Shown here one piece after another: positions 46,222-56,035 of a DNA stretch of 64,000 nt; positions within the stretch are counted from its first letter, which is position 1; the number at the start of each line of letters is the position of its first letter. The stretch is from an uncultured Gammaproteobacteria bacterium (GTDB taxonomy: Bacteria; Patescibacteriota; Microgenomatia; UBA8517). The stretch spans positions 204,056-268,055 of the forward strand of contig CAZIMC010000001.1 of NCBI GenBank assembly GCA_964540475.1, in the 5' to 3' direction. Below the pieces are notes generated by a model that worked only from the letters and a program-made list of their open reading frames with translations, did no database searches and was not told where the DNA came from. Both the position numbers and the translations under genes were made by a program.

Positions 46222-46872
46222 ATGGGACAAAAGATAAATCCTACCGGTTTTAGAACGGGACACTTTCTACCTTGGAAGTCCAGGTGGTTTTCAGAAAATG
46301 ATATTTATAAAGAAAACCTGGTTGAAGATATAAAAATTCGAAGAACATTAATGGATAGATTGAAACTGGCAGGTATAACATCAGTTGAAATAGAAAGACT
46401 ACCAAAGAGCATGGTTATATATATGACAGTTGCCAGGCCGGGTGTTGTTATTGGAAGGGGTGGGTCGGGGATCGAGGATGTTAAAAATCAAATATTAAAA
46501 GTGATCTCTGACAATCGTGGAAAGAAAATTACTGACGTTAAAATTGATCCACGGGTTTCGGAAATCAAAAATCCGGAAACATCTTCATACTTAGTTGCAA
46601 GCAGAATTGCCGCTGAGCTGGAAAGAAGAATGCCTCACCGAAGAGTGGTTACACGAGCCATGGAGAGAGTAATAGCAGCAGGAGCAAAAGGTGTTAAAAT
46701 TGTGCTTTCGGGAAGAATTGGGGGAGCTGACATTTCAAGAGTTGAAAAATACCACTTAGGATCAGTGCCCACCCAAACTTTAAGAGAAAATATTGATTAT
46801 GCACAATATACAGCCCTTCTTAAAAGAGGTTATGTAGGGGTAAAGGTTTGGATACACAGAAAGGAAGATTAA
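46222..46872 (+). CDS. rpsC: 30S ribosomal protein S3
   Basis: MGQKINPTGFRTG, KH domain. Confidence 0.95.
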   Translation: MGQKINPTGFRTGHFLPWKSRWFSENDIYKENLVEDIKIRRTLMDRLKLAGITSVEIERLPKSMVIYMTVARPGVVIGRGGSGIEDVKNQILKVISDNRGKKITDVKIDPRVSEIKNPETSSYLVASRIAAELERRMPHRRVVTRAMERVIAAGAKGVKIVLSGRIGGADISRVEKYHLGSVPTQTLRENIDYAQYTALLKRGYVGVKVWIHRKED

Positions 46873-46873
46873 T

Positions 46874-47284
46874 ATGATACAGCCAAAACGGCAAAAATAC
46901 AGAAAAATGTTCAGAGGAAGAAGAAGGGGCACAGCTTTAAGGGGCTCCGAGCTTTCTTTTGGTGAATATGGTATAAAAGCATTGGAAGTAGCCTGGCTTA
47001 CTTCTTCCCAGATTGAGTCTGCCAGAAGGACGATCACACATAGTCTCAAAAAAGGCGGGCGAGTATGGATAAGAATTTTTCCAGACAAGCCAATTACAGC
47101 AAGAGCTGCTGGAAGAAGGATGGGTGGAGGAAAAGGCGATATCTCTACGTATGTTGCTGTGGTAAAACCAGGCAGAATGCTATTTGAAGTGGCAGGTGCC
47201 GCACCGGAATACGTTTTAGAAGCCTTTAGAAAGGCAGCTACTAAGCTACCAATTAAAACAAAAATTATAACAAAGGAAGAATAA
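46874..47284 (+). CDS. rplP: 50S ribosomal protein L16
   Basis: MIQPKRQKYRKMFRGRRRG. Confidence 0.95.
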   Translation: MIQPKRQKYRKMFRGRRRGTALRGSELSFGEYGIKALEVAWLTSSQIESARRTITHSLKKGGRVWIRIFPDKPITARAAGRRMGGGKGDISTYVAVVKPGRMLFEVAGAAPEYVLEAFRKAATKLPIKTKIITKEE

Positions 47285-47285
47285 T

Positions 47286-47513
47286 ATGAAGAAAAAAGAA
47301 TTAAGCGATCTAAGAAAAAAAGACATAGTAGGTTTAACCAAACTGGTATCCGAAAAAAGGGCAGAATTAACTAAAGCATATTCCGAGAAAGACGCTGGAA
47401 AACAAAAGAATCTTAAACACACCAAAATCTTAAAAAGGGATATTGCCCAGATTTTAACTATAGTTACGGAGTTGGAGCTAAACAACCAAAAGGAGGTTAA
47501 GGAAAAAATATGA
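47286..47513 (+). CDS. rpmC: 50S ribosomal protein L29
   Basis: 75 aa; position between L16 and S17. Confidence 0.9.
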   Translation: MKKKELSDLRKKDIVGLTKLVSEKRAELTKAYSEKDAGKQKNLKHTKILKRDIAQILTIVTELELNNQKEVKEKI

Positions 47514-47758
47514 AAGTATTTACTGGAAGAGTGGTTTCAGTCAAAAACAACAAGACGGCAGCAGTCGTTGTGGAGAATGTCTTTATGCATCCCATCTACA
47601 AAAAACGTTCCAAGAGAAGTAGAAAATATCATGTACATACCGAAACTAATGTTCAAGTTAATGACATTGTAAGATTTGTGGCAACTAAGCCTTACAGTAA
47701 GTTAAAAAAGTGGAGACTCATTGATATGCAAGAAGAAAAGAAGGGTGGAAAGAAATGA
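47510..47758 (+). CDS. rpsQ: 30S ribosomal protein S17
   Basis: VFTGRVVSVKNNKTAAVVVE. Confidence 0.95.
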   Translation: MKVFTGRVVSVKNNKTAAVVVENVFMHPIYKKRSKRSRKYHVHTETNVQVNDIVRFVATKPYSKLKKWRLIDMQEEKKGGKK

Positions 47759-48120
47759 TACAACTAAGAAGTGTTTTAAGGCCAGCTGATAATTCAGGGG
47801 CCAAAAGGTTAATGGTAATTGGAATTTCTCACAAAATTGGCAAAAAAGCTAGTTTGGGAGACACAATACTATGTGTAGTACACGGAGCTGATCCTGCTGG
47901 GGCGGTGGCTGACCACGAGAAGGTAAAAGTATTAGTAGTAAGGACAAAAAAAGAAGTAAAACGAAAAGATGGTAGTTATATTAGATTTGACGATAACGCC
48001 GGTGTGGTAATAGATAAGCAAGGGCTTCCGGTTGGTACCCGAGTTTTGGGTCCAATTGCCAGAGAGGTAAAAGAGGCGGGTTATAATAAGATAGCCTCGC
48101 TTGCAAGGGAGGTAGTCTAA
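47755..48120 (+). CDS. rplN: 50S ribosomal protein L14
   Basis: MIQLRSVLRPADNSGAKRLMVIG. Confidence 0.95.
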   Translation: MIQLRSVLRPADNSGAKRLMVIGISHKIGKKASLGDTILCVVHGADPAGAVADHEKVKVLVVRTKKEVKRKDGSYIRFDDNAGVVIDKQGLPVGTRVLGPIAREVKEAGYNKIASLAREVV

Positions 48121-48179
48121 TTATTCTAAATTTCTTTTAGAAAAAGAAAGTTAGGCAAAGAAAATAATCAGAAAAACGT

Positions 48180-48494
48180 ATGTTGAAATTTAAAACTGGA
48201 GATACAATTAAAGTTACTGCCGGAAAGGATAAAGGTCGTGAGGGTAAAATTGAAAAAGTTTTACCGAAGAAGGAAATGGTCATAGTGCCGGGCCTAAATA
48301 TGTATAAAAAACACGTAAAAGGTTTTCAAGGCCAAAAGGGTGGCATTTATGATTTAGTTAGACCACTTCCTTATTCAAAAATTGCCCTGGTTTGCCCAAA
48401 TTGCAAAAAGATCACCAGAGTTGGTTATAAATTGGAAAAAGAAGACAAAATCAGAGTTTGTAAAAAGTGTGGTAAGCAAATAAATATTAAATAA
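48180..48494 (+). CDS. rplX: 50S ribosomal protein L24 with a C-terminal C4 zinc-ribbon extension
   Basis: KOW region FKTGDTIKVTAGKDKGREGKI, then CPNCKK...CKKCGK. Confidence 0.9.
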   Translation: MLKFKTGDTIKVTAGKDKGREGKIEKVLPKKEMVIVPGLNMYKKHVKGFQGQKGGIYDLVRPLPYSKIALVCPNCKKITRVGYKLEKEDKIRVCKKCGKQINIK

Positions 48495-48495
48495 T

Positions 48496-49053
48496 ATGAA
48501 TACACAAGTTAAACCCAGACTAAAAGAAAAATACAACAATGAAGTAGCCGGCATGTTGTCTAGTGAGTTTGCCATTAAAAATAAAATGGCAGTTCCGTAC
48601 ATAGAAAAGGTGGTAGTAAATATGGGAATTGGTGAGATTTCGAGAAGCAAAGAGCTAAAAGAATCATTAATCAAAGACTTATCAACAATTACTGGTCAGG
48701 TTCCGTCTATTAGGCGAGCCAAGGTATCCATTGCAACATTTAATCTGCGAGCTGGAATGCCAGTGGGTCTGGCAGTTACCTTAAGAAAAGATAAAATGTA
48801 CAGCTTCATAGACAAGCTTTTTTCTATAGTATTACCTCGACTGCGTGATTTTAAAGGTGTTCCGGTAGGATCATTTGATAAAAGTGGAAGCTACACTTTG
48901 GGATTAACAGAGCATACAATATTTCCGGAAATTGACATTGCCAAAACCCCAAGTCCTAAAAGCTTGGAGATAACGGTAGTAATTAAACAGTCTGATCCAG
49001 AAAAAAGCAGGAGACTATTGGAGTTATTAGGTATGCCTTTTGAGAAAGTATAA
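48496..49053 (+). CDS. rplE: 50S ribosomal protein L5
   Basis: Position and sequence. Confidence 0.95.
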   Translation: MNTQVKPRLKEKYNNEVAGMLSSEFAIKNKMAVPYIEKVVVNMGIGEISRSKELKESLIKDLSTITGQVPSIRRAKVSIATFNLRAGMPVGLAVTLRKDKMYSFIDKLFSIVLPRLRDFKGVPVGSFDKSGSYTLGLTEHTIFPEIDIAKTPSPKSLEITVVIKQSDPEKSRRLLELLGMPFEKV

Positions 49054-49062
49054 GGAGGAAAT

Positions 49063-49248
49063 ATGGCAACAACAGCAAAAGAAGTTAGAGAAAACAAGAA
49101 ATTAAAATTTAGTATTAGATACCGCAACCGATGCAGGCTTTGCGGAAGGCCTAGAGGTTATTTGCGTAAATTCGGTCTTTGCAGAATTTGTTTCAGGGAA
49201 TTTGCCCACAAAGGTGAGTTGCCAGGGGTTAGAAAGGCGAGTTGGTAA
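49063..49248 (+). CDS. rpsN: 30S ribosomal protein S14, zinc-binding type Z
   Basis: 61 aa; [23 protein letters not shown]. Confidence 0.9.
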   Translation: MATTAKEVRENKKLKFSIRYRNRCRLCGRPRGYLRKFGLCRICFREFAHKGELPGVRKASW

Positions 49249-49249
49249 T

Positions 49250-49627
49250 ATGACAAATTATCCAGTAGGTGACTTTTTAATAAGACTCAAAAACGCAGCC
49301 AATGCTGGTCTCAAGGAGGTTTCGGCCGATTCAACCAAACAAATTCGGTCTGTTTCCGAAGCTCTTAAAAAGGCGGGCTATATAGAGGATGTTGTTGAAG
49401 AGGATGGAATAATAAAAGTTAAGCTATCTATAAGAAGCAAGCAACCCGTTCTTGCTAACGTCAAACTTATTTCTCGCCCCGGGCTCAGAGTATACATGGA
49501 AGTTAAAGATCTTGGCAAAAAGCGAGGACCATCAATTTATTTAGTCAGTTCGTCGCGAGGGGTGCTAACTTCAAAAGAGGCACTAAAGCAAAGAGTTGGT
49601 GGTGAAGTAATAGCAGAAATCTGGTAA
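49250..49627 (+). CDS. rpsH: 30S ribosomal protein S8
   Basis: MTNYPVGDFLIRLKNA; the in-frame ATG at 49250 is preferred over the track start at 49202, which overlaps rpsN. Confidence 0.9.
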   Translation: MTNYPVGDFLIRLKNAANAGLKEVSADSTKQIRSVSEALKKAGYIEDVVEEDGIIKVKLSIRSKQPVLANVKLISRPGLRVYMEVKDLGKKRGPSIYLVSSSRGVLTSKEALKQRVGGEVIAEIW

Positions 49628-49629
49628 TT

Positions 49630-50178
49630 ATGAGCAAAATAGGAAAACAACCAATAAAAATACCTGCCGGAATCAACGTCAAGGTCGTTGATGGAGGAGT
49701 CAAGATATCTACTCCCCAGGTGGAAGAAGAATATATTCTGCCCAGCGGGATCGAAGCTGTATTAGAAGATAGCAAGCTTTTAATAAGTAGAAAAAGTGCA
49801 AAGGCAAGCATGGCAGTCTATGGAACTACACGTGCCAATATTTCCAATATAATTCACGGACTTAGTCAGGGATGGGAGAAACAGTTGGAGATTATCGGAA
49901 CGGGGTATAGAGCAGAGGTTGCAGGGGGCGACCTGGTTTTGAATGTGGGATTTTCTCATCCTGTGAAGTTCGAGGCACCTGAAGGTGTTACATTTAAGGT
50001 TGAGAAGACTATAATCACAGTATCTGGTGCCGATAAAATGCTTGTTGGGAAGGTGGCATCAGAGGTAAGGGGAATTAGGCCCCCTGAGCCATACAAAGGC
50101 AAGGGAATAAAATATTTAGACGAACTTATCAGAAGAAAGGTGGGTAAGGCAGCTAAAGCTGCAGGCGCAGGAGCATAA
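49630..50178 (+). CDS. rplF: 50S ribosomal protein L6
   Basis: MSKIGKQPIKIPAGI. Confidence 0.95.
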   Translation: MSKIGKQPIKIPAGINVKVVDGGVKISTPQVEEEYILPSGIEAVLEDSKLLISRKSAKASMAVYGTTRANISNIIHGLSQGWEKQLEIIGTGYRAEVAGGDLVLNVGFSHPVKFEAPEGVTFKVEKTIITVSGADKMLVGKVASEVRGIRPPEPYKGKGIKYLDELIRRKVGKAAKAAGAGA

Positions 50179-50179
50179 A

Positions 50180-50530
50180 ATGTCAAACTTGAAACTTAAG
50201 CGATTTAATCAAAGAAAGAGAAGAGTCTCCACTAAAATTAGTGGTACAGGGAAATATCCCAGATTGTCTGTCTTTCGCTCAAATAAGTATACCTACGCAC
50301 AGATAATAGATGACGCAAAGGCAGCTACATTGGTTTTTGTATCATCGAAGGAGATAAATGACGAAAAGGCGAATAAAGTGAGTAAATCCGAAGCACTGGG
50401 CGAACTCTTGGCAAAAAAAGCATTGGCTAAAAAAATCAATAAAGTTAAATTTGATAGAAGTGGATATAAATATCATGGTAGGATAGCTGCTATTGCCAAT
50501 GGCGCAAGGAAAGGGGGATTAACAATCTAA
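50180..50530 (+). CDS. rplR: 50S ribosomal protein L18
   Basis: Position and sequence. Confidence 0.9.
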   Translation: MSNLKLKRFNQRKRRVSTKISGTGKYPRLSVFRSNKYTYAQIIDDAKAATLVFVSSKEINDEKANKVSKSEALGELLAKKALAKKINKVKFDRSGYKYHGRIAAIANGARKGGLTI

Positions 50531-50532
50531 TT

Positions 50533-51027
50533 ATGCAATATCAAGGAGGAGGCAACAAATACGCAATGAATACAATCAAGGAATTTGAGGAAACAGTTGT
50601 GCAGATTAACAGAATCTCTAAAAAGACTAAAGGTGGAAATCAAATAAGATTTTCTGCTTTAGTAGTTGTGGGTGACAAAAAAGGTAAAGTGGGTGTTGGT
50701 CTGTCGAAGGCGGGGGATGTGAGAAATGCGATCAGAAAAGCAATATCATTTGCCAAGCGTCGAATGATTGAAGTGCCTTTGGTGGGTTCCACAATTCCCC
50801 ATTCAACGAGAGAGAAATTCTCTGCAGCCAAAGTTCTTTTGAAACCAGCTCCTCCTGGCTCAGGTATCATAGCCGGGGGACCGATGAGAGTAGTGCTCGA
50901 GGCTGCTGGAGTAAAAGATGCTGTTGGCAAGATCTTGGGTACTAGTAACAAAATCTCGAATGTATATGCTACCATCAAGGCACTGGAGACAATCGCCGAA
51001 ATAGAAAGACTCAAAAAGGAAGCTTAA
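50533..51027 (+). CDS. rpsE: 30S ribosomal protein S5
   Basis: RFSALVVVGDKKGKVGVGLSKAGDVRNAIRKA. Confidence 0.92.
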   Translation: MQYQGGGNKYAMNTIKEFEETVVQINRISKKTKGGNQIRFSALVVVGDKKGKVGVGLSKAGDVRNAIRKAISFAKRRMIEVPLVGSTIPHSTREKFSAAKVLLKPAPPGSGIIAGGPMRVVLEAAGVKDAVGKILGTSNKISNVYATIKALETIAEIERLKKEA

Positions 51028-51032
51028 TAAAT

Positions 51033-51512
51033 ATGACTAGAACATTACCCAAAATAGTACAAAGATCTAAAAAAAGAACGGGCCGTGGCTACGGAAGCGG
51101 GAAAGGTGGCCATACTGTTGGTAAAGGACAAAAAGGTCAAAAGACACGCGGTAGAATAAGTGTAATTTTTGAGGGAGTAAAGGTAAGGAAAAGCCTGATC
51201 AAAAGACTTCCGTTTAAACGAGGTAAGGGGAAATTTGGACCCAGCGGAAAACCAGTTATTGTAAAGCTGGCATCTCTTGAGATCCTTCCTAAAGGAGCCA
51301 AGGTGGATACCGAAACACTAATTAAAAACGGAATTGTTAATAAGGAAGATATTGATAGAGTAGGTGTAAAAGTGTTAGGCAATAGTGAGATTACTAAAGC
51401 CCTAACAATTTTAGTACCTATATCGAGATCTGCCGCCAGGAGAGTAGAGACTGCAGGTGGGAAGGTTGAAGTGTCTAATAAAAAGCTAGGCAATAATAAA
51501 GACCTGGGTTAA
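51033..51512 (+). CDS. rplO: 50S ribosomal protein L15 (no rpmD/L30 gene before it)
   Basis: GRGYGSGKGGHTVGKGQKGQKTR. Confidence 0.9.
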   Translation: MTRTLPKIVQRSKKRTGRGYGSGKGGHTVGKGQKGQKTRGRISVIFEGVKVRKSLIKRLPFKRGKGKFGPSGKPVIVKLASLEILPKGAKVDTETLIKNGIVNKEDIDRVGVKVLGNSEITKALTILVPISRSAARRVETAGGKVEVSNKKLGNNKDLG

Positions 51513-51558
51513 TTTATCTGTCTAGAGGAAACACATATTACCAGAAAGTGGATCTTTT

Positions 51559-52842
51559 ATGCTCTCTTCCATATTAAGTTTTTTCTCAAAATCGTTAAAG
51601 ATAGCTGCAATTAGGCGCAAGCTAATTATCACTGCCTTAGTAATTTTTGTATTCAGGTTGGTTGCCCATATACCAGCTGCCGGTGTCGATCGTGAGTCTT
51701 TATCTGCATTATTTGATGGTAGTCCACTCTTATCGCTCCTGGACGTGTTTTCAGGAGGGACATTAGCCAATTTTTCAATAATGGCAGTTGGTTTGGGGCC
51801 TTACATTAATGCCTCAATTGTGTTGCAGCTTCTGGTTCACGTTATCCCGCAACTAGAAGAACTCCAGAAAGAAGGCGAGTATGGTCAAGAGAAAATAAAC
51901 CAATACACCAGATTTTTAACCGTACCCCTGGCGGTTTTGCAATCATTTGTAATGTATTCATTACTTCGCTCCCAGGGAATAATTGATTTTATTTCGCCCT
52001 TAGCACTAATCTCGCTTGTTATCACAATGACGGCCGGAACAGTTTTTGCAGTATGGCTTGGGGAACTTATAACCGAATATGGATTCAAAAACGGAATTTC
52101 GATTTTAATTTTTGCTGGTATTGTAGCCCGGCTTCCCGTTACCGTGGGGCAATCAATCGGAGCACTTTCGTCTTCAGACCTTTTGAAAATTGCAATATTT
52201 CTCGTTATTTCTGCAATCGTTGTTGGGTTTATTGTTTTTATGAGTGAAGCAATTCGTAAAATCCCAGTCAATTATGCGAGAAGTGCAAATCGCAATAATT
52301 CGGTAGCATCCTACCTCCCATTGCGTGTAAATCAGGCGGGAGTTATTCCAATTATCTTTGCTGTCTCTTTAGTGTTTTTACCATCTCTATTGATGCAATT
52401 CTTGGCACCCTTGGCAAGTAATGAAGTTGCTGGCGTTATTGCAAGCATTGAGCGATTATTTAATCCAGAAAGTGCAATTTATAATATAATTTATTTCCTT
52501 CTAGTTTTTGGTTTTACATATTTTTACACATCAATAGTTTTCGACCCCGCTAAGATATCTGAGAATTTGCAAAAAAGTGGTGGATTTATACCTGGTATCA
52601 GACCAGGGACACAAACTGCAAAACATCTCTCTTTCGTATTAAATCGAATTACATTTGTGGGTGCTAGTTTTTTGGGGTTTGTTGCCGTGCTACCTTCTCT
52701 ATTTCAGAATATAATCGGAGTAGCCAATTTGGCAGTTGGGGGGACGGGTGTTTTGATCGTGGTTTCTGTGGTGTTGGAAATTACCCGTGAGCTAGAATCT
52801 CAGATGGTTATGGGGAGGTATGATACGTTTCTAAGAAATTAG
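51559..52842 (+). CDS. secY: Preprotein translocase SecY
   Basis: 10-TM profile; 427 aa. Confidence 0.95.
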   Translation: MLSSILSFFSKSLKIAAIRRKLIITALVIFVFRLVAHIPAAGVDRESLSALFDGSPLLSLLDVFSGGTLANFSIMAVGLGPYINASIVLQLLVHVIPQLEELQKEGEYGQEKINQYTRFLTVPLAVLQSFVMYSLLRSQGIIDFISPLALISLVITMTAGTVFAVWLGELITEYGFKNGISILIFAGIVARLPVTVGQSIGALSSSDLLKIAIFLVISAIVVGFIVFMSEAIRKIPVNYARSANRNNSVASYLPLRVNQAGVIPIIFAVSLVFLPSLLMQFLAPLASNEVAGVIASIERLFNPESAIYNIIYFLLVFGFTYFYTSIVFDPAKISENLQKSGGFIPGIRPGTQTAKHLSFVLNRITFVGASFLGFVAVLPSLFQNIIGVANLAVGGTGVLIVVSVVLEITRELESQMVMGRYDTFLRN

Positions 52843-52845
52843 TCG

Positions 52846-53490
52846 ATGAATATCATAATACTTGGCTCTCCCGCTTCAGGAAAAGGTACACAAGCAGAAC
52901 TTCTTGCCAATAGATTGGGTCTATTTCACTTGCAGGGCGGTGAAATTGCCAGAGATCTTGCCGGTAAAGACGCTCGTATAGCTAAGATCGTGAATTCTGG
53001 TAAGCTAATTCCGCAAGATGAAATGACAATGTACGTCATCGATTACTTGAATAAAAACAAGCCGGATTATAAGGATATTATATATGAAGGTTTTCCCAGG
53101 TTTATATCCCAATATGAAGCCCTGGAAAAGTTTCTTGGAACCAAGGGTGTTGCGTTAGATTATGTAATAACGCTAGACATAAGCAAAAAAGAAGCTGTAA
53201 AAAGAATTTCTTCTCGAAGAATTTGCACCAAATGTGGCGAGGTTTATAACCTTATTACCAACCCACCAGTTAATGAGAATAAGTGCAATAAATGCGGGGG
53301 AGAGTTGATTCAAAGAAAAGATGATAACCCGGAATCTGTGGAGACCAGATTTGAGTATTACAAAAAAAATACAAAAGAATTAGTAGATTATATCGAAGGT
53401 AAGGGCAAACTAGTAAAGATCGATGGAGAAAGGCCGATTGAAGATATATATAACGACATATTAACTAAAATTAAGGCAAATGTTAAGTAG
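52846..53490 (+). CDS. adk: Adenylate kinase with a zinc-binding lid
   Basis: P-loop GSPASGKGTQ; lid Cys pairs CTKCG...CNKCGG. Confidence 0.95.
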   Translation: MNIIILGSPASGKGTQAELLANRLGLFHLQGGEIARDLAGKDARIAKIVNSGKLIPQDEMTMYVIDYLNKNKPDYKDIIYEGFPRFISQYEALEKFLGTKGVALDYVITLDISKKEAVKRISSRRICTKCGEVYNLITNPPVNENKCNKCGGELIQRKDDNPESVETRFEYYKKNTKELVDYIEGKGKLVKIDGERPIEDIYNDILTKIKANVK

Positions 53491-54238
53491 TATCCACATA
53501 AAGACTTCTGAGGAAATAAAAATTATGAAGGAAGGGGGAGAAAAACTGTTGGCTGTTAAGTCGGCAGTTACAAAGGCAATTACAAGTGGTATAAGTGCTT
53601 ATGATATAGATAAGCTGGCAGATGAGCTGATAATTAAACAAGGTGGCACGCCTTCATTTAAAAAAGTCCCCGGTTATTATTGGGCTACTTGCGTGAATGT
53701 GAACGCGGGCATTGTTCATGGAGTGCCTAAAAGGGAAATAATTTTTAAGAAAGGGGATATTGTTAGTGTAGATATGGGTATGTATTACAAAGGATTTCAT
53801 ACGGATACTTCAATTAGCGTGGGAATTGACGCTGGCAAGGAAATAAAGGAATTTTTAAAGGCAGGAGAGATAGCTTTAAGGAAAGCTATTAAGAAGGCAA
53901 AAGTCGGAGGACGAATTTATGACATATCTGAAAGCATAGAATTGGTAATTAAGGGTTCTGGATTTAGCCCAGTATTGTCACTTGTAGGTCATGGGGTAGG
54001 CAGAAACCTGCATGAAGAGCCCCAAATACCCTGCTTTGTGTATGATGAGAGGGAAAATACCCCCAAGATATTGGAAGGAATGACTTTAGCAATTGAGGTT
54101 ATGTATACAAAAGGCAAACCAGAACTGGTACACGAAGACGACGGGTGGACAATTTCAACTGCTGATGGTAAAATATCAGGGCTTTTCGAAGAGACCGTGG
54201 CAGTTAGCGCGCACGGTCCTGTTGTTTTGACGGCATAA
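53480..54238 (+). CDS. map: Methionine aminopeptidase type I
   Basis: Pita-bread fold with metal-ligand residues conserved. Confidence 0.93.
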   Translation: MLSSIHIKTSEEIKIMKEGGEKLLAVKSAVTKAITSGISAYDIDKLADELIIKQGGTPSFKKVPGYYWATCVNVNAGIVHGVPKREIIFKKGDIVSVDMGMYYKGFHTDTSISVGIDAGKEIKEFLKAGEIALRKAIKKAKVGGRIYDISESIELVIKGSGFSPVLSLVGHGVGRNLHEEPQIPCFVYDERENTPKILEGMTLAIEVMYTKGKPELVHEDDGWTISTADGKISGLFEETVAVSAHGPVVLTA

Positions 54239-54239
54239 T

Positions 54240-54452
54240 ATGCAATCTGATTTTGAAGAGATAGACGGTATTATAACCGAGAGTTTGCCCAACACAATGT
54301 TTAGGGTGGAGCTTGTCACTGGAAAAGTAGTATTAGCGACGCTTAAAGGAAGAATGAGAAAGAATTATGTAAGGATATTTCCGGGTGATAGGGTAAAAGT
54401 AGAAATGACCAAATATGACCAGGAAAGAGGTAGAATAGTTTACAAATATTAA
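54240..54452 (+). CDS. infA: Translation initiation factor IF-1
   Basis: 70 aa; S1-like domain. Confidence 0.95.
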   Translation: MQSDFEEIDGIITESLPNTMFRVELVTGKVVLATLKGRMRKNYVRIFPGDRVKVEMTKYDQERGRIVYKY

Positions 54453-54453
54453 T

Positions 54454-54567
54454 ATGAAAGTAATCAGTTCAATCAAAAAAAGATGCAAAGATTGCAAGAT
54501 AGTTAAAAGGGGTGGAGTTTTGTATATAGTTTGCAAAAATCCAAGACATAAACAAAGACAAGGGTAA
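54454..54567 (+). CDS. rpmJ: 50S ribosomal protein L36 (37 aa; not in the ORF track)
   Basis: [37 protein letters not shown] translated directly from the sequence. Confidence 0.85.
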   Translation: MKVISSIKKRCKDCKIVKRGGVLYIVCKNPRHKQRQG

Positions 54568-54583
54568 AAAAATATAAAAATTT

Positions 54584-55000
54584 ATGGCACGTATTGCTGG
54601 TATTGAGTTACAAGACAATCATAGAATAGACTACGCCTTGACAAGAATAAAAGGTATTGGGTGGGTGTTGTCTAAAAGGATCTTGAATGATGTTAATATT
54701 GAAAGCACTAAAAGAGTAAAGGACTTATCAAGTGATGAAATTTCTAAAATATCCAGCAATCTCGAAAATTTTAATGTTGAAGGAGATTTGATTAGTCAGA
54801 TTAGAGAAAATATAATAAGACTTCAGAGAATTGGTAGCTTTAGGGGTCTAAGGCACAATAAAAGTCTTCCCGTAAGGGGGCAGAGAACACGAACCAATGC
54901 GCGTACAAAAAGAGGCAAAAGAAAAACTGTTGGCGCTTTCAAAAAAGAAGCTCTAACCAAAATGAAGACTACAGATACTGCCTCAGAGAAGAAAGGTTAA
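54584..55000 (+). CDS. rpsM: 30S ribosomal protein S13
   Basis: MARIAGIELQDNHRIDYALTRIKGIG. Confidence 0.95.
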   Translation: MARIAGIELQDNHRIDYALTRIKGIGWVLSKRILNDVNIESTKRVKDLSSDEISKISSNLENFNVEGDLISQIRENIIRLQRIGSFRGLRHNKSLPVRGQRTRTNARTKRGKRKTVGAFKKEALTKMKTTDTASEKKG

Positions 55001-55003
55001 TAT

Positions 55004-55372
55004 ATGGCAAAAGCAAATAAGCAGGTAGGAGTAGGAAAAGTTTTTATATCAGCATCATTTAACAACACATTAATTAACGTTACCGATGAAAAAGGTAATA
55101 GTCTGGCATGGGGGTCATCTGGAAACGCAGGCTTTAAGGGTACAAGAAAAGCTACTCCTTATGCAGCAACTACAGCAGTTGAAAAGGTACTTAAAAAGGC
55201 CAAGGACGAGCATGGATTTGATGAAGCGGAAGTATACATTAAGGGCCCAGGTCCAGGCAGAGACGCTGCTCTGCGAGCAATTAAAGCGGGTGGGGTTAAA
55301 ATATCATTAATCGCTGACGTGACACCAATACCGCATAATGGTCCAAGACCCAGAAAGAAAAGGAGAGCTTAA
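55004..55372 (+). CDS. rpsK: 30S ribosomal protein S11
   Basis: Position and sequence. Confidence 0.95.
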   Translation: MAKANKQVGVGKVFISASFNNTLINVTDEKGNSLAWGSSGNAGFKGTRKATPYAATTAVEKVLKKAKDEHGFDEAEVYIKGPGPGRDAALRAIKAGGVKISLIADVTPIPHNGPRPRKKRRA

Positions 55373-55374
55373 AA

Positions 55375-55974
55375 ATGGCTAGATATACTGGAGCAAAAGA
55401 CAGACTATCAAGAAGAGAAGGATTTGATCTTTTCGGAAAAGGTTCTAAGCTTACTCGGTTAACCGTACCGCCCGGTGTACATGGACCTAAGGGCACATTC
55501 TCATCACCTTCCCAATATGGAAGGCAACTACGGGAAAAACAAAAGGTAAAAAGAATGTATGGTGTTTTGGAGAAGCAGTTCGCAGGTTATGTGGCGGAGG
55601 CTTTTAAAACTCGGGGAAACACGACAGAGAAGATTTTATCCTTTTTGGAAAGAAGACTGGATAATGTAGTGTATAGACTAGGATTTGCGCCAACAAGGCC
55701 TGCTGCAAGGCAATTGGTTTCACACCGCCATGTGTTGGTAAATGGAAAAAAGCTAAATATTCCTTCGTATCAAGTAAAGCCGGGCGATACCGTAAGTTTA
55801 GACAATAAGGCAGCAGAAATTCCAGCCACAAAAAAGCTGCTACAAGAGGAGACCAAACTGCCTGAGTGGCTGAAGAAGAAGGCTATAGTCGGAAAAGTTG
55901 TTCGGGAACCAAAGCGCGATGATGTGGTAGAACCAGTATCAATGCAAGATATAGTTGAGTTCTACTCAAGATAG
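55375..55974 (+). CDS. rpsD: 30S ribosomal protein S4
   Basis: MARYTGAKDRLSRREG. Confidence 0.95.
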   Translation: MARYTGAKDRLSRREGFDLFGKGSKLTRLTVPPGVHGPKGTFSSPSQYGRQLREKQKVKRMYGVLEKQFAGYVAEAFKTRGNTTEKILSFLERRLDNVVYRLGFAPTRPAARQLVSHRHVLVNGKKLNIPSYQVKPGDTVSLDNKAAEIPATKKLLQEETKLPEWLKKKAIVGKVVREPKRDDVVEPVSMQDIVEFYSR

Positions 55975-56035
55975 CTGTAAAATAGCTTCACCCCCATATA
56001 TTTGGGGGTGATTTGTGAAAAGGGAGGTGATTTGA

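Noticed and set aside
49202-49249. Upstream start for rpsH overlapping rpsN
   Set aside because: The in-frame ATG at 49250 (MTNYPVGDF) matches the S8 N-terminus.
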